Both the position numbers and the translations under genes were made by a program. From a virus (taxonomy: Duplodnaviria > Caudoviricetes): a DNA stretch of 63,498 bases. This document shows positions 27,964 through 36,553 of this stretch, one piece after another. The stretch lies in IMG/VR virus record IMGVR_UViG_3300025430_000019, positions 1 to 63,498 of that record; one strand, written 5' to 3'. Position 1 is the first letter of the stretch. Every line of letters begins with the position of its first letter. A model generated the notes under the pieces. The model worked only from the letters and a program-made list of their open reading frames with translations. It had not been told where the DNA came from and searched no databases.

Positions 27964-28924
27964 GATCAATCTTGGTCATGGAAACTGTGCTAGTATCCCG
28001 CAAATCTCATCGTATGCTCAAGCACAGGCACATTACAACTTTGTCAAACCGATACGTGGCGACGACCAAGTGCGACCGATTGGGGCACGACGCTTTAAGT
28101 GGTATACCATTAACAAGCGAGACTACATCGAAGATGCACCGATGTATAGCGCAACGCTAGTTAATACGAACTTAGTCGAGTACTACCACGACGGACGTAT
28201 TAGCATAACCACAGGTGGTTATAGATCAGTGACGAACAACTCATTCCTCAACTTTGTGTTGATGGGCTTGGGCAATGTCGTATCTGTTAGTGGCAAATGG
28301 TATTGGAAACCACATCGTAGCGACAAGTACTATTACTTTCCGATACAACGAAACCATTGGTTGCACCTCGACGAGCAAGGCATACCGACTAATCCAGTAC
28401 AAGAGTACAAGAACTTGATCAACCGCAAAGCAATGAACGCAATACGAAAGAAGTATATGCCGATCATAGAATACGGTCGTCTGATGTTAACGGCTGACCA
28501 AGTTGTACCGTTAAGAATTGTTCATGAGTTACAGGCTGAGTTAAAAAATGTCTTGTCGTTCAAGGTAATGTCTAAACGTATGTATTTTTGGAATACTGAG
28601 TCTAAAGAGCAATACAAGAATGGTATTGCCAAATCCATTGAGTATCTTGACAAGGCGCTTGATACCAACGACTTAGATATGTTCTATAACATAACAATGC
28701 TTATGGCTAATCAGTATGGGCATTACTCATACGTTAGAGAAACAACTACTTGTTCACCCAAGGAGTTCAGAGCAGGATTCGACTTGTACCTCAGGGAAAT
28801 ATATTGGCAAGATGTATTCATCCAAGAGGAACAACCGATAGGCAAGGCGTTTTATGATGCGTACGCATCGTTTCTCGCCAATAAGAAGGACACAGTTACA
28901 GTTCGTAACTATGTCGTTAAGTAA
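27950..28924 (+). CDS. Hypothetical protein
   Basis: 324-aa ORF with GAGGAG SD. Confidence 0.7.
   Translation: MPTTKINLGHGNCASIPQISSYAQAQAHYNFVKPIRGDDQVRPIGARRFKWYTINKRDYIEDAPMYSATLVNTNLVEYYHDGRISITTGGYRSVTNNSFLNFVLMGLGNVVSVSGKWYWKPHRSDKYYYFPIQRNHWLHLDEQGIPTNPVQEYKNLINRKAMNAIRKKYMPIIEYGRLMLTADQVVPLRIVHELQAELKNVLSFKVMSKRMYFWNTESKEQYKNGIAKSIEYLDKALDTNDLDMFYNITMLMANQYGHYSYVRETTTCSPKEFRAGFDLYLREIYWQDVFIQEEQPIGKAFYDAYASFLANKKDTVTVRNYVVK
28889..28915. repeat. 27-bp palindromic site 7 (inside CDS 3' end)
   Basis: GACACAGTTAC-AGTTC-GTAACTATGTC. Confidence 0.85.
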
Positions 28925-28957
28925 GTTAGTTAATCATCCACAGAAAAGGAAATCAAA

Positions 28958-30052
28958 ATGTCAGAAGTATTCTTAAACAAAACCGCATCCCTCAAAGAAG
29001 CAGAGGACTTGATCGTAGCTTGTGGCGCAGATGCTACCATTCACCTAGTAGGCGAGCCTGGTGTGGGCAAAACATCTATGTTCAAAAATATTGTACAGAG
29101 AACGGATCATAAAGGGATTTACATCGACGCACCAAACATCGAGCTTGGCGAGTTAGGTATACCAATCCCTGATCACGCAACAAAAACAACTCGTATGTAT
29201 CCAAACGAGCAATGGGGTTTTCATCTCAACGAGCCACTTGTTATCTTTATTGACGAGTTCACCAAAGGTCATCAAGCAGTTCAGAATATGTTGCATCCTA
29301 TGCTCAACGAACCACGTATGATCATGGGCATACCGTTACATCCCGAAACTATTGTTGTAACCGCAGGTAACTTTACAGGCGACGGAGTAGGCGACAACAT
29401 GAAGGCGCATAGCCGTAACCGAGTATCAGTTGTTGCAGTACGCAAGCCACACGCAGGCTTTAACGTAGATGGTTCCGTTGATGAAGACTCATGGGGCGCA
29501 TGGGCAATCAAGCATGACATAGCCCCCGAGATTCTTGCATGGGTTAAGGAAACACCACATACTCTTGCATCATATCTTGACCCTGCACAAAGCGGTAACA
29601 AGTACATCTTCAATCCGAAGGAAGCACAGAAGTCTTTTGTTAGTCCACGTTCCCTTGCTAGAGCATCGCATATTTTGAAACGCAGATCCCAAAGCACCGA
29701 AAACGCAATCATTACTGCGCTCGAAGGTACGATAGGCGCACCTGCATCACGTGATCTTATGGCATACGTTAAGGTGGCTGACAGCTTACCGACGTGGGAA
29801 TCCATAGTGCGTGACCCTGACGTAGCGACTGTTCCGTCATCACCTGCGGCTCTGTGTTTACTTGCGTTTAGCGCCGTTCAACGCGTCGACCGAGACTCAA
29901 TCGGTAAGTTCTTTACGTATCTCAAACGTACACCGAAAGAGTTGCAGTCCGTGTTCTGTTTGACTGGCATGGCTAACGCTGACAAGAAGAAGCTATTCAT
30001 GACTAGCCAATCGTTCATTGACTGGATGCGTACCAATCAATACTTATTCTAA
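28958..30052 (+). CDS. MoxR-like AAA+ ATPase
   Basis: Walker A GEPGVGKT, Walker B IFIDEF, AGN sensor, SPRS. Confidence 0.85.
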   Translation: MSEVFLNKTASLKEAEDLIVACGADATIHLVGEPGVGKTSMFKNIVQRTDHKGIYIDAPNIELGELGIPIPDHATKTTRMYPNEQWGFHLNEPLVIFIDEFTKGHQAVQNMLHPMLNEPRMIMGIPLHPETIVVTAGNFTGDGVGDNMKAHSRNRVSVVAVRKPHAGFNVDGSVDEDSWGAWAIKHDIAPEILAWVKETPHTLASYLDPAQSGNKYIFNPKEAQKSFVSPRSLARASHILKRRSQSTENAIITALEGTIGAPASRDLMAYVKVADSLPTWESIVRDPDVATVPSSPAALCLLAFSAVQRVDRDSIGKFFTYLKRTPKELQSVFCLTGMANADKKKLFMTSQSFIDWMRTNQYLF

Positions 30053-30056
30053 ACAC

Positions 30057-30083
30057 GACAGAGTAACACTTTGTAACTTTGTC
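30057..30083. repeat. 27-bp palindromic site 8
   Basis: GACAGAGTAAC-ACTTT-GTAACTTTGTC. Confidence 0.9.
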
Positions 30084-30101
30084 TCAACCAAGGAAATATA
30101 A

Positions 30102-31295
30102 ATGAGTAACTTAACTGCAGAACAACGCATCGAAAGATGCCACGTTCAATTAATGAAACACCCAAGCTTTTGCTTGTTCTCAGGTTTGTTTATGGTGGGT
30201 AAGGTTAGTGTCGATGACAAGACACCGACTGCTAAAACCAACGGTCTTGACGTAACATACGGCAGAGATTTTGTTGGCTCACTCAACGACAAACAACTAG
30301 GCTTTCTTATTCTCCACGAGAATATGCACAAAGCGTATCGTCACCTGGTCGTTTGGAAGACTCTATACAAGCGTAATAGATGGCTTGCCAATGCAGCGTG
30401 CGACTACGTTATTAACTTACAACTCATGGACTATGACCCACATGGACAGGACATCGAGTTCCCAACCGATAAGGATGGCAACCAGATTGGTCTCGTTGAT
30501 GAGAAGTATCGGGGCATGGATGCACACCAAGTGTTTCTTAAATTACTTGAGGAACATGGCGACGTTCAACCCCCCGATGGTGACGAAGGACTCGACGATC
30601 ATGACTGGGAAAGTGCGGAGGAGATGACCGACAAGGAGAAAGAAGAAGCGGCGAAGGAAATCGAAGATGCTCTACGTCAGGGTCAGATACTTGTTGGCAA
30701 GATGAAGGGTAACGTATCACGTGAGGTTCAAGACTTACTTACGCCGAAGGTAGATTGGAAAGAAGCATTGCGTGACTTTATCAAATCAACAACTGCAGGT
30801 AAAGACCAGACGACATGGCGACGACTGCACAAGCGGTACATCGGTATGGATATTGTTATGCCTAGCACATTCGACGAGAAAGTCGGACCTATTACTGTGG
30901 CAATAGATACGTCAGGAAGTATCGGCCACGAGGAACTCGCTCAATTCTTATCCGAGGTTAAGCTAATCTGTGAAGAAGTCAGACCTGAGAAGTTGGACAT
31001 ACTGTACTGGGATACTCGCGTAGCAGGGCATGAGGTTTACTCCGATGCCGAACTTGCTAATGTTGTTTACGTAACCGAAGCCAAGGGCGGTGGTGGTACT
31101 GAACCTTCGTGTGTACCTAAGTATATGCGCAAGCACAACATGACTCCCGAGTGTCTTATTATGCTAACAGATGGTTACATTGGCGACCAGACTCGCAACG
31201 ACTGGTCAATCAATTCTCCAATCATGTGGTGTATCAAAGGCAACAACCACTTCGACAACGCTAGCGTGACAGGAAAGGTTGTTCATGTCGAGTGA
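30102..31295 (+). CDS. DUF2201-like metallopeptidase plus vWA domain protein
   Basis: HENMH (HExxH), NAACDYVIN, MIDAS DTSGS, GGGT, LTDG. Confidence 0.85.
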   Translation: MSNLTAEQRIERCHVQLMKHPSFCLFSGLFMVGKVSVDDKTPTAKTNGLDVTYGRDFVGSLNDKQLGFLILHENMHKAYRHLVVWKTLYKRNRWLANAACDYVINLQLMDYDPHGQDIEFPTDKDGNQIGLVDEKYRGMDAHQVFLKLLEEHGDVQPPDGDEGLDDHDWESAEEMTDKEKEEAAKEIEDALRQGQILVGKMKGNVSREVQDLLTPKVDWKEALRDFIKSTTAGKDQTTWRRLHKRYIGMDIVMPSTFDEKVGPITVAIDTSGSIGHEELAQFLSEVKLICEEVRPEKLDILYWDTRVAGHEVYSDAELANVVYVTEAKGGGGTEPSCVPKYMRKHNMTPECLIMLTDGYIGDQTRNDWSINSPIMWCIKGNNHFDNASVTGKVVHVE

Positions 31296-31509
31296 GATAA
31301 AAGATTGGTGTGTAATTCGGGTCTATCACCGTAGGCTCGAAACAGTCAGCAACGACTTTGTGCGGTACGAAGCCGCCAACGTATTCAATGCTCCACCACA
31401 CAAGCGTATGGGTGTGGAGTACTTGACCAAAGAAGAAGCAGAAGCAATGGCTAAATTTTTAAACTTTATTGAGGAATCAAATGAAAGAAACGATAGTACC
31501 CCAAGGTAG
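31285..31509 (+). CDS. Hypothetical protein
   Basis: ORF overlapping both neighbours; start uncertain. Confidence 0.5.
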   Translation: MSSEIKDWCVIRVYHRRLETVSNDFVRYEAANVFNAPPHKRMGVEYLTKEEAEAMAKFLNFIEESNERNDSTPR

Positions 31510-31666
31510 GAAGTTAGACAACAAAGTAAACATAAGTCTTAACCGTGAGACCGTTGAACAGTTGGCGAAGTTCAAAGACAGACTCGGAGAAGTGCTGGGT
31601 GTAGAGCTATCCTATGCTCAAGCTATACAGTACTTAATTAAACATCAACCAACCAAGACAGAGTAA
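31481..31666 (+). CDS. Putative ribbon-helix-helix-like DNA-binding protein
   Basis: KVNISLNRETVEQL...LSYAQAIQYLI; GAGGA SD. Confidence 0.5.
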   Translation: MKETIVPQGRKLDNKVNISLNRETVEQLAKFKDRLGEVLGVELSYAQAIQYLIKHQPTKTE

Positions 31667-31683
31667 CAGTTTGTAACTTTGTC
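31657..31683. repeat. 27-bp palindromic site 9 (contains stop codon of upstream gene)
   Basis: GACAGAGTAAC-AGTTT-GTAACTTTGTC. Confidence 0.9.
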
Positions 31684-31709
31684 CATCTTTAATACACAGG
31701 AGAATTCAT

Positions 31710-32579
31710 ATGACAACAGAAAACAGTATTTCAATCGCATCATCATCAATGCTAGTAGAGTTATCAATCAGTACTTGGACTGCACGTAAGTTAGACAAGC
31801 GTGTATCAGCCGAGGTTGATCTCGCAAAGGGTACTAAGACACAGGCAGGTAACTACAACAAGAATCTGCTTGCAGGTACAGGGGTGTTGGAAAACATTAC
31901 CAAGTACGCATCCAATGCGAGAGCATGGCATATTAAACAAACATTACCTTGGTCTGACAGTGGCTTGCGTTTGTTACCGATGACTAACTTCATTGCGTAC
32001 AAGGAACAACTCAATCAGCTAGAACAGAACTACGACGCTTTAGTTTCTAAGTTCCTGATAGCCTACCCTGAGTTGGTATCAGCAGCTGCGTTTCAATTAG
32101 GTTCACTCTTTAATAGAGACGAGTACCCTGAGTCACACAAGATTGCAACCAAGTTCAAGTTCTCTTACAACTTCCTTCCAGTACCAATGGCAGGTGACTT
32201 CCGTATCGACATCAACGAAGAAGCGAAGAACGAGATCATCGAGTCATGCCGTAAGATGTATGACGAGCGTCTTAACAACGCAATGCGTGATGCGTGGACT
32301 AGGTTGCACACTTGCCTCATTCACTTGAGCGAGAGGTTAGCCCCAACCGAACAAGGTGAACGTAAGATATTCAGAGACACATTAGTAGAGAATACGAAAG
32401 AGTTACTGGAGTTATTAAAACATTTTAATCTCACACATGACCCGAAGCTTGATCAGGCTAGGCAGGAATTGCAACAAGCGTTAGGCGCACACACGGCTGA
32501 CACATTGCGTGACATGGAGATGGCACGTGAGACAGTCAAGGCTAGAGTCGATGAGATTCTTGGTAAATTTAATTGGTAA
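31710..32579 (+). CDS. DUF3150-like protein
   Basis: MLVELSISTWTARKLD...TLPWSDSGLRLLP...LGSLFNRDEYP. Confidence 0.55.
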   Translation: MTTENSISIASSSMLVELSISTWTARKLDKRVSAEVDLAKGTKTQAGNYNKNLLAGTGVLENITKYASNARAWHIKQTLPWSDSGLRLLPMTNFIAYKEQLNQLEQNYDALVSKFLIAYPELVSAAAFQLGSLFNRDEYPESHKIATKFKFSYNFLPVPMAGDFRIDINEEAKNEIIESCRKMYDERLNNAMRDAWTRLHTCLIHLSERLAPTEQGERKIFRDTLVENTKELLELLKHFNLTHDPKLDQARQELQQALGAHTADTLRDMEMARETVKARVDEILGKFNW

Positions 32580-32588
32580 GGAAATATT

Positions 32589-33458
32589 ATGTTAACAATA
32601 AACAGAGATCAACTAAACATAGACAAACGGCAGACACCGATACATCCTGATTTGGAGAAGTTTGCAACGCAAGTATCATTCGCTAAACCTTTGTGTACAT
32701 TTATAGCATTGAAAGATTGTTTTAAGAACGTATACCATGAAGGGAATTGGAGTGACTATATATACAAGCTACATATCTACCAAAACGGTGATAAGGTAGG
32801 CGAAGTATTTGTAGATACCCATTACAAGCAAGGTACTAACGAGCGTGAATCAATCTACGGCATCAAGTCTTTTCGCATAGAAAAAAGCCGAGGTGATCGT
32901 AACTCAACTACATCCAGAGATATGAAGGTAGCCCTACGTATTGCTAAGAAAACGCTTGTTGCGAGAGAGCTGGAAGAAATGCGTAGTGTCATTGACGACA
33001 AGGTACGTGGTTGCATCGGTAATATAATGTACCGCACGACAGGTATGTTGACGTACACTATGGATATAAACCATGAAGCCCAGTTGTATGCAATATCAGC
33101 GTATCAAGCTAGGAAGAAAGGCGAAACAACTGTTACTGTACCTGCGCATCCCGTGACTGTAACCGCTAGCAAGCTTAACGACCACACCATTGCGTGCGAT
33201 TTGTATATGGAAATATATGCACTTAAACAGTATCTCAAAGCTAACACAGGATACGGCATTAAAGTAATGGCTGACGACAGTATCATAATGCTAACGTATA
33301 GTACGGGCGAATTGTCTCGCTTAAGTTCTTATCATGAGTTACCCGATAGTATTCAGTCTAAGTTTGCGATGTTCAAGGTACTCAAGGATGACGAGCCGTA
33401 TGCGCATCTTGGTTGTAAATTTAACGAGAATATATTTTATATAGCCCCCGATACTTGA
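32589..33458 (+). CDS. Hypothetical protein
   Basis: 289-aa ORF with AAGGA SD. Confidence 0.7.
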   Translation: MLTINRDQLNIDKRQTPIHPDLEKFATQVSFAKPLCTFIALKDCFKNVYHEGNWSDYIYKLHIYQNGDKVGEVFVDTHYKQGTNERESIYGIKSFRIEKSRGDRNSTTSRDMKVALRIAKKTLVARELEEMRSVIDDKVRGCIGNIMYRTTGMLTYTMDINHEAQLYAISAYQARKKGETTVTVPAHPVTVTASKLNDHTIACDLYMEIYALKQYLKANTGYGIKVMADDSIIMLTYSTGELSRLSSYHELPDSIQSKFAMFKVLKDDEPYAHLGCKFNENIFYIAPDT

Positions 33459-33464
33459 TACAAT

Positions 33465-33588
33465 ACACACAGAATCCTCCTGTGGATTTCTCTGGACTGT
33501 GATACGTTGACCTAACAGATGTTTGCGTAACTAAAACAAGTCTCTCCTCACCGCAAGTAGGATGCGGAATCTGTTTAGCCTACACACT
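33465..33588 (+). ncRNA. Putative structured RNA in 3' UTR
   Basis: AACAGAT/ATCTGTT stem enclosing TCCT/AGGA and CCGCA/TGCGG pseudoknot. Confidence 0.35.
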
Positions 33589-33613
33589 AAGCCCTCCTCG
33601 TGAGGGCTTTTTT
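33589..33613 (+). terminator. Intrinsic terminator ending early operon
   Basis: AAGCCCTC-CTCGT-GAGGGCTT then TTTT. Confidence 0.85.
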
Positions 33614-33617
33614 ATTG

Positions 33618-33644
33618 GACAAAGTTACATATTGTTACTTTGTC
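33618..33644. repeat. 27-bp palindromic site 10
   Basis: GACAAAGTTAC-ATATT-GTTACTTTGTC. Confidence 0.9.
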
Positions 33645-33672
33645 CTATTAGGGTTTTTTCCTAAAATATTTC

Positions 33673-33701
33673 TTGCAAAACCCTAGATTTAGGACTATAC
33701 T
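33673..33701 (+). promoter_or_regulatory. Sigma70-type promoter of replication operon
   Basis: TTGCAA-17nt-TATACT; overlapped by TAGGGTTTT/AAAACCCTA inverted repeat. Confidence 0.7.
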
Positions 33702-33735
33702 ATGTCAAGTCTTAAAACAATACAGGAAAAGCGAG

Positions 33736-34068
33736 ATGGCACAAACACCAGAAGCTAAGGTAAAGCGAAGCGTCACCGACTTATTAGACAAGTATAACGT
33801 CTATTACTTCAAGCCTGCCACTGGCGGATATGGTAGATCAGGTGTGCCCGATATAGTAGGGTGCTTTCATGGGTACTTCATAGCTATTGAATGCAAAGCC
33901 AACGGCGCAAAACCAACCGCACTACAAGAACGTGAACTCAAACGCATATATGAACACGGCGGTGTCACTGCCGTTGTAGGCGACGATGACGACTTAGACT
34001 TACTCAAGAAAAGCCTCGACACAATTTTGTTTGTCCGTTCGAGCCAGTTCCCTAAAAGGGAACAATAA
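33736..34068 (+). CDS. VRR-NUC / Holliday-junction-resolvase-like nuclease
   Basis: TPEAKVK...GVPDIVGC..G.FIAIECKA...PTALQ; AGGA SD. Confidence 0.8.
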   Translation: MAQTPEAKVKRSVTDLLDKYNVYYFKPATGGYGRSGVPDIVGCFHGYFIAIECKANGAKPTALQERELKRIYEHGGVTAVVGDDDDLDLLKKSLDTILFVRSSQFPKREQ

Positions 34069-34092
34069 CATCACTCTAGCCCAAGGAAAAAT

Positions 34093-34548
34093 ATGAACGC
34101 AGGAATTGAAATTTTAATCAAACGAATGGAAACTAACCCCGAGGAATTTTTAGATCACCCCGAGATAGATACGTTTAGTCATTGGCATACGATTGTACGA
34201 GAATTTGAAGGCGCATTTACAAAAGAAGATTTAGATGCTTATAACGAAGCACGTAGACAAATGCTTGAAAAACAATTTACCGAAACAGTACTATCAATGC
34301 TTACAGAAGGGAAGGATAGACTCCCAAAGCAACACTTCATAACAAGACCCAGCGGTACTCTTTCGGCTGGTCAGACTCAAGGGGGGTATTCAATTCATAA
34401 AATTAATAACCAAACATACACTCAAGCAGATTTAACTTCGCACTTGTTAGCTATTCAAAACAATGTGCTTAGACAAACTGATTTCAAACACACAGTACAG
34501 ACGAAGGACACACTATGGAACAAGATCAAAAACATATTGAGCAAATGA
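34093..34548 (+). CDS. Hypothetical protein (RMETxPEEF family)
   Basis: MNAGIEILIKRMETNPEEF. Confidence 0.65.
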   Translation: MNAGIEILIKRMETNPEEFLDHPEIDTFSHWHTIVREFEGAFTKEDLDAYNEARRQMLEKQFTETVLSMLTEGKDRLPKQHFITRPSGTLSAGQTQGGYSIHKINNQTYTQADLTSHLLAIQNNVLRQTDFKHTVQTKDTLWNKIKNILSK

Positions 34549-34754
34549 ACGATGGCATTGCAATAGTATTGCAACGCATGGAGACACATCCCGAAGAATT
34601 TTTTGGCACAGAAGACAAATGGAAGTTTATCTTTAAAGATTACTTTAGAGACTCAATGACCGAAACCGAAAAGGGTTTGATGTTTGACAAGATGAAGAAA
34701 TTACGTCGTGCTGAGTTTACTACGCTAGTAATGAAAACAATGGTGGAAGACTAA
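34545..34754 (+). CDS. Hypothetical protein (RMETxPEEF family, paralog)
   Basis: MNDGIAIVLQRMETHPEEF; ATGA coupling. Confidence 0.65.
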   Translation: MNDGIAIVLQRMETHPEEFFGTEDKWKFIFKDYFRDSMTETEKGLMFDKMKKLRRAEFTTLVMKTMVED

Positions 34755-36553
34755 TGCAAATAATTACAATCGACTTTGAGACTTATTACTCGCAAGAGTT
34801 TAGTCTCTCCAAGATGACGACAGAGGAATACGTTCGTGATGAGCGTTTCCAAGTTATTGGGTTTGCGTATCAGATAGATGATACTGAGCCACGTTGGGTG
34901 ACTGGAACAACTGAGCATATTAAAGCGCAACTCGAAGCCCTGCCTTGGAAGGACTCGTATGCCTTAGCACACAATGCTGTGTTTGACGGTGCAATTATGT
35001 CGTTTATTTTTGGCATCAAACCTAAGATGTGGCTTGATACACTTAGTATGGCAAGGGCAACCGATGGCTTAGAGGCAGGAAACTCGCTTGCTAAACTTGC
35101 TCAACGCTATGAGTTAGGTGTCAAAGGCACGGAAGTTGTACAAGCACTTGGTTATCGTCGTGAGAATTTTAATCCTGCGGAACTTGAAGCCTACGGAAAA
35201 TACTGTTGCAACGACGTCACTCTAACCTTTGACTTGTTTAATATATTGATTCAAAGGTTTTCTAAATCAGAACTGCAACTGATTGATCTGACTATTAGAA
35301 TGTTTACTGAACCTGTACTTAGACTCAACACGCCTGTACTGGAACAACATTTAATTAAAGTTAAAGCTCGCAAAGAAAAGTTACTTGAAGCTTGCGTATC
35401 AGATAAAGATACGTTGATGAGTAACCCAAAATTAGCTGAACTGCTTGAAGGACTTGGTGTTGAGATACCAATGAAGACCAGCCCTGCTACTGGAAAGGAA
35501 ACGTATGCCTTCGCAAAAAACGACGACGGGTTTAAAGCCCTTGCAGAACACCCTGACGAAAGAGTACAAGCGATTGTTGCAGCAAGATTGGGAACAAAAT
35601 CAACTCTTGAAGAAACAAGAACAGAAAGATTTATCTCTATCTCATTTCGAGGTGCGATGCCTGTCCCACTACGATACTACGCCGCACATACAGGACGTTG
35701 GGGAGGGGATGATAAACTCAACCTTCAAAATTTACCGAGACAATCACCTATTAAATCAGCAATTACGGCGCCTAATGGATTCAAGCTTATTGATGCCGAC
35801 TCGTCGCAAATCGAAGCAAGAACCTTAGCATGGCTTGCAGGGCAGAATGACTTAGTTGAAGCATTTGAAAAGGGCGAAGATGTATACAAGATTATGGCAT
35901 CGGCTATCTACGGCAAGGCTAGTGAAGAAATTACGAAGGATGAGAGGTTTGTGGGTAAGACGACCATCCTTGGTGCAGGCTACGGAATGGGGGCAGAAAA
36001 GTTTGCGCTTCAGCTTAAAACTTTTGGTGTTGAAATTGAGGTTGCGGAAGCAAAGCGAATCATCGATACGTATCGCAGCACATACCCACATATTGTTTCG
36101 CTATGGAAAGAAGCCAATAAATCGTTGGACGCATTGCGGTCATCGCAAACTACAACGGTTGGGGTACAACCCCAAGCGCTCTATATAACAGAGAATGGGT
36201 TTGTTCTACCAAGTGGGCTGTTTCTCAATTATCCTGATCTACAAAAAGATGACGAGAACCAATACAGTTATCACTCACGCCGTGGTCGCATTAAGATATA
36301 CGGCGGTAAAGTAGTTGAGAATATTTGTCAGGCTCTTGCTCGTTGCGTGATCGGTGAGCAAATGCTACGTATATCTAAGAAGTACAAAGTTGCTTTGACT
36401 GTACATGATGCGGTTATGGCAGTTGTACCTGAAGCTGAAGCTGAGGAAGCACAGAAGTACGTTGAAGAATGTATGCGTTGGAGACCTGAATGGGCTAAGA
36501 CATTACCACTCAACTGCGAGTCAGGTATCGGAGACAACTATGCAGAATGTTAA
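34754..36553 (+). CDS. polA: Family A DNA polymerase with 3'-5' exonuclease
   Basis: DFET, HNAVFD, YCCND exonuclease motifs; DSSQIEAR, KTTILGAGYG, TVHD polymerase motifs. Confidence 0.92.
   Translation: MQIITIDFETYYSQEFSLSKMTTEEYVRDERFQVIGFAYQIDDTEPRWVTGTTEHIKAQLEALPWKDSYALAHNAVFDGAIMSFIFGIKPKMWLDTLSMARATDGLEAGNSLAKLAQRYELGVKGTEVVQALGYRRENFNPAELEAYGKYCCNDVTLTFDLFNILIQRFSKSELQLIDLTIRMFTEPVLRLNTPVLEQHLIKVKARKEKLLEACVSDKDTLMSNPKLAELLEGLGVEIPMKTSPATGKETYAFAKNDDGFKALAEHPDERVQAIVAARLGTKSTLEETRTERFISISFRGAMPVPLRYYAAHTGRWGGDDKLNLQNLPRQSPIKSAITAPNGFKLIDADSSQIEARTLAWLAGQNDLVEAFEKGEDVYKIMASAIYGKASEEITKDERFVGKTTILGAGYGMGAEKFALQLKTFGVEIEVAEAKRIIDTYRSTYPHIVSLWKEANKSLDALRSSQTTTVGVQPQALYITENGFVLPSGLFLNYPDLQKDDENQYSYHSRRGRIKIYGGKVVENICQALARCVIGEQMLRISKKYKVALTVHDAVMAVVPEAEAEEAQKYVEECMRWRPEWAKTLPLNCESGIGDNYAEC

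Noticed and set aside
23954-33644. 27-bp palindromes as a CRISPR array
   Set aside because: Spacing is 201-1961 bp with whole genes in between; no cas operon, and the Cas4-like gene is a typical stand-alone phage nuclease.
23954-33644. Palindromes as dif/Xer or matS sites
   Set aside because: dif has a 6-bp spacer and different arms; matS is GTGAC-N3-GTCAC; no tyrosine recombinase was recognised.
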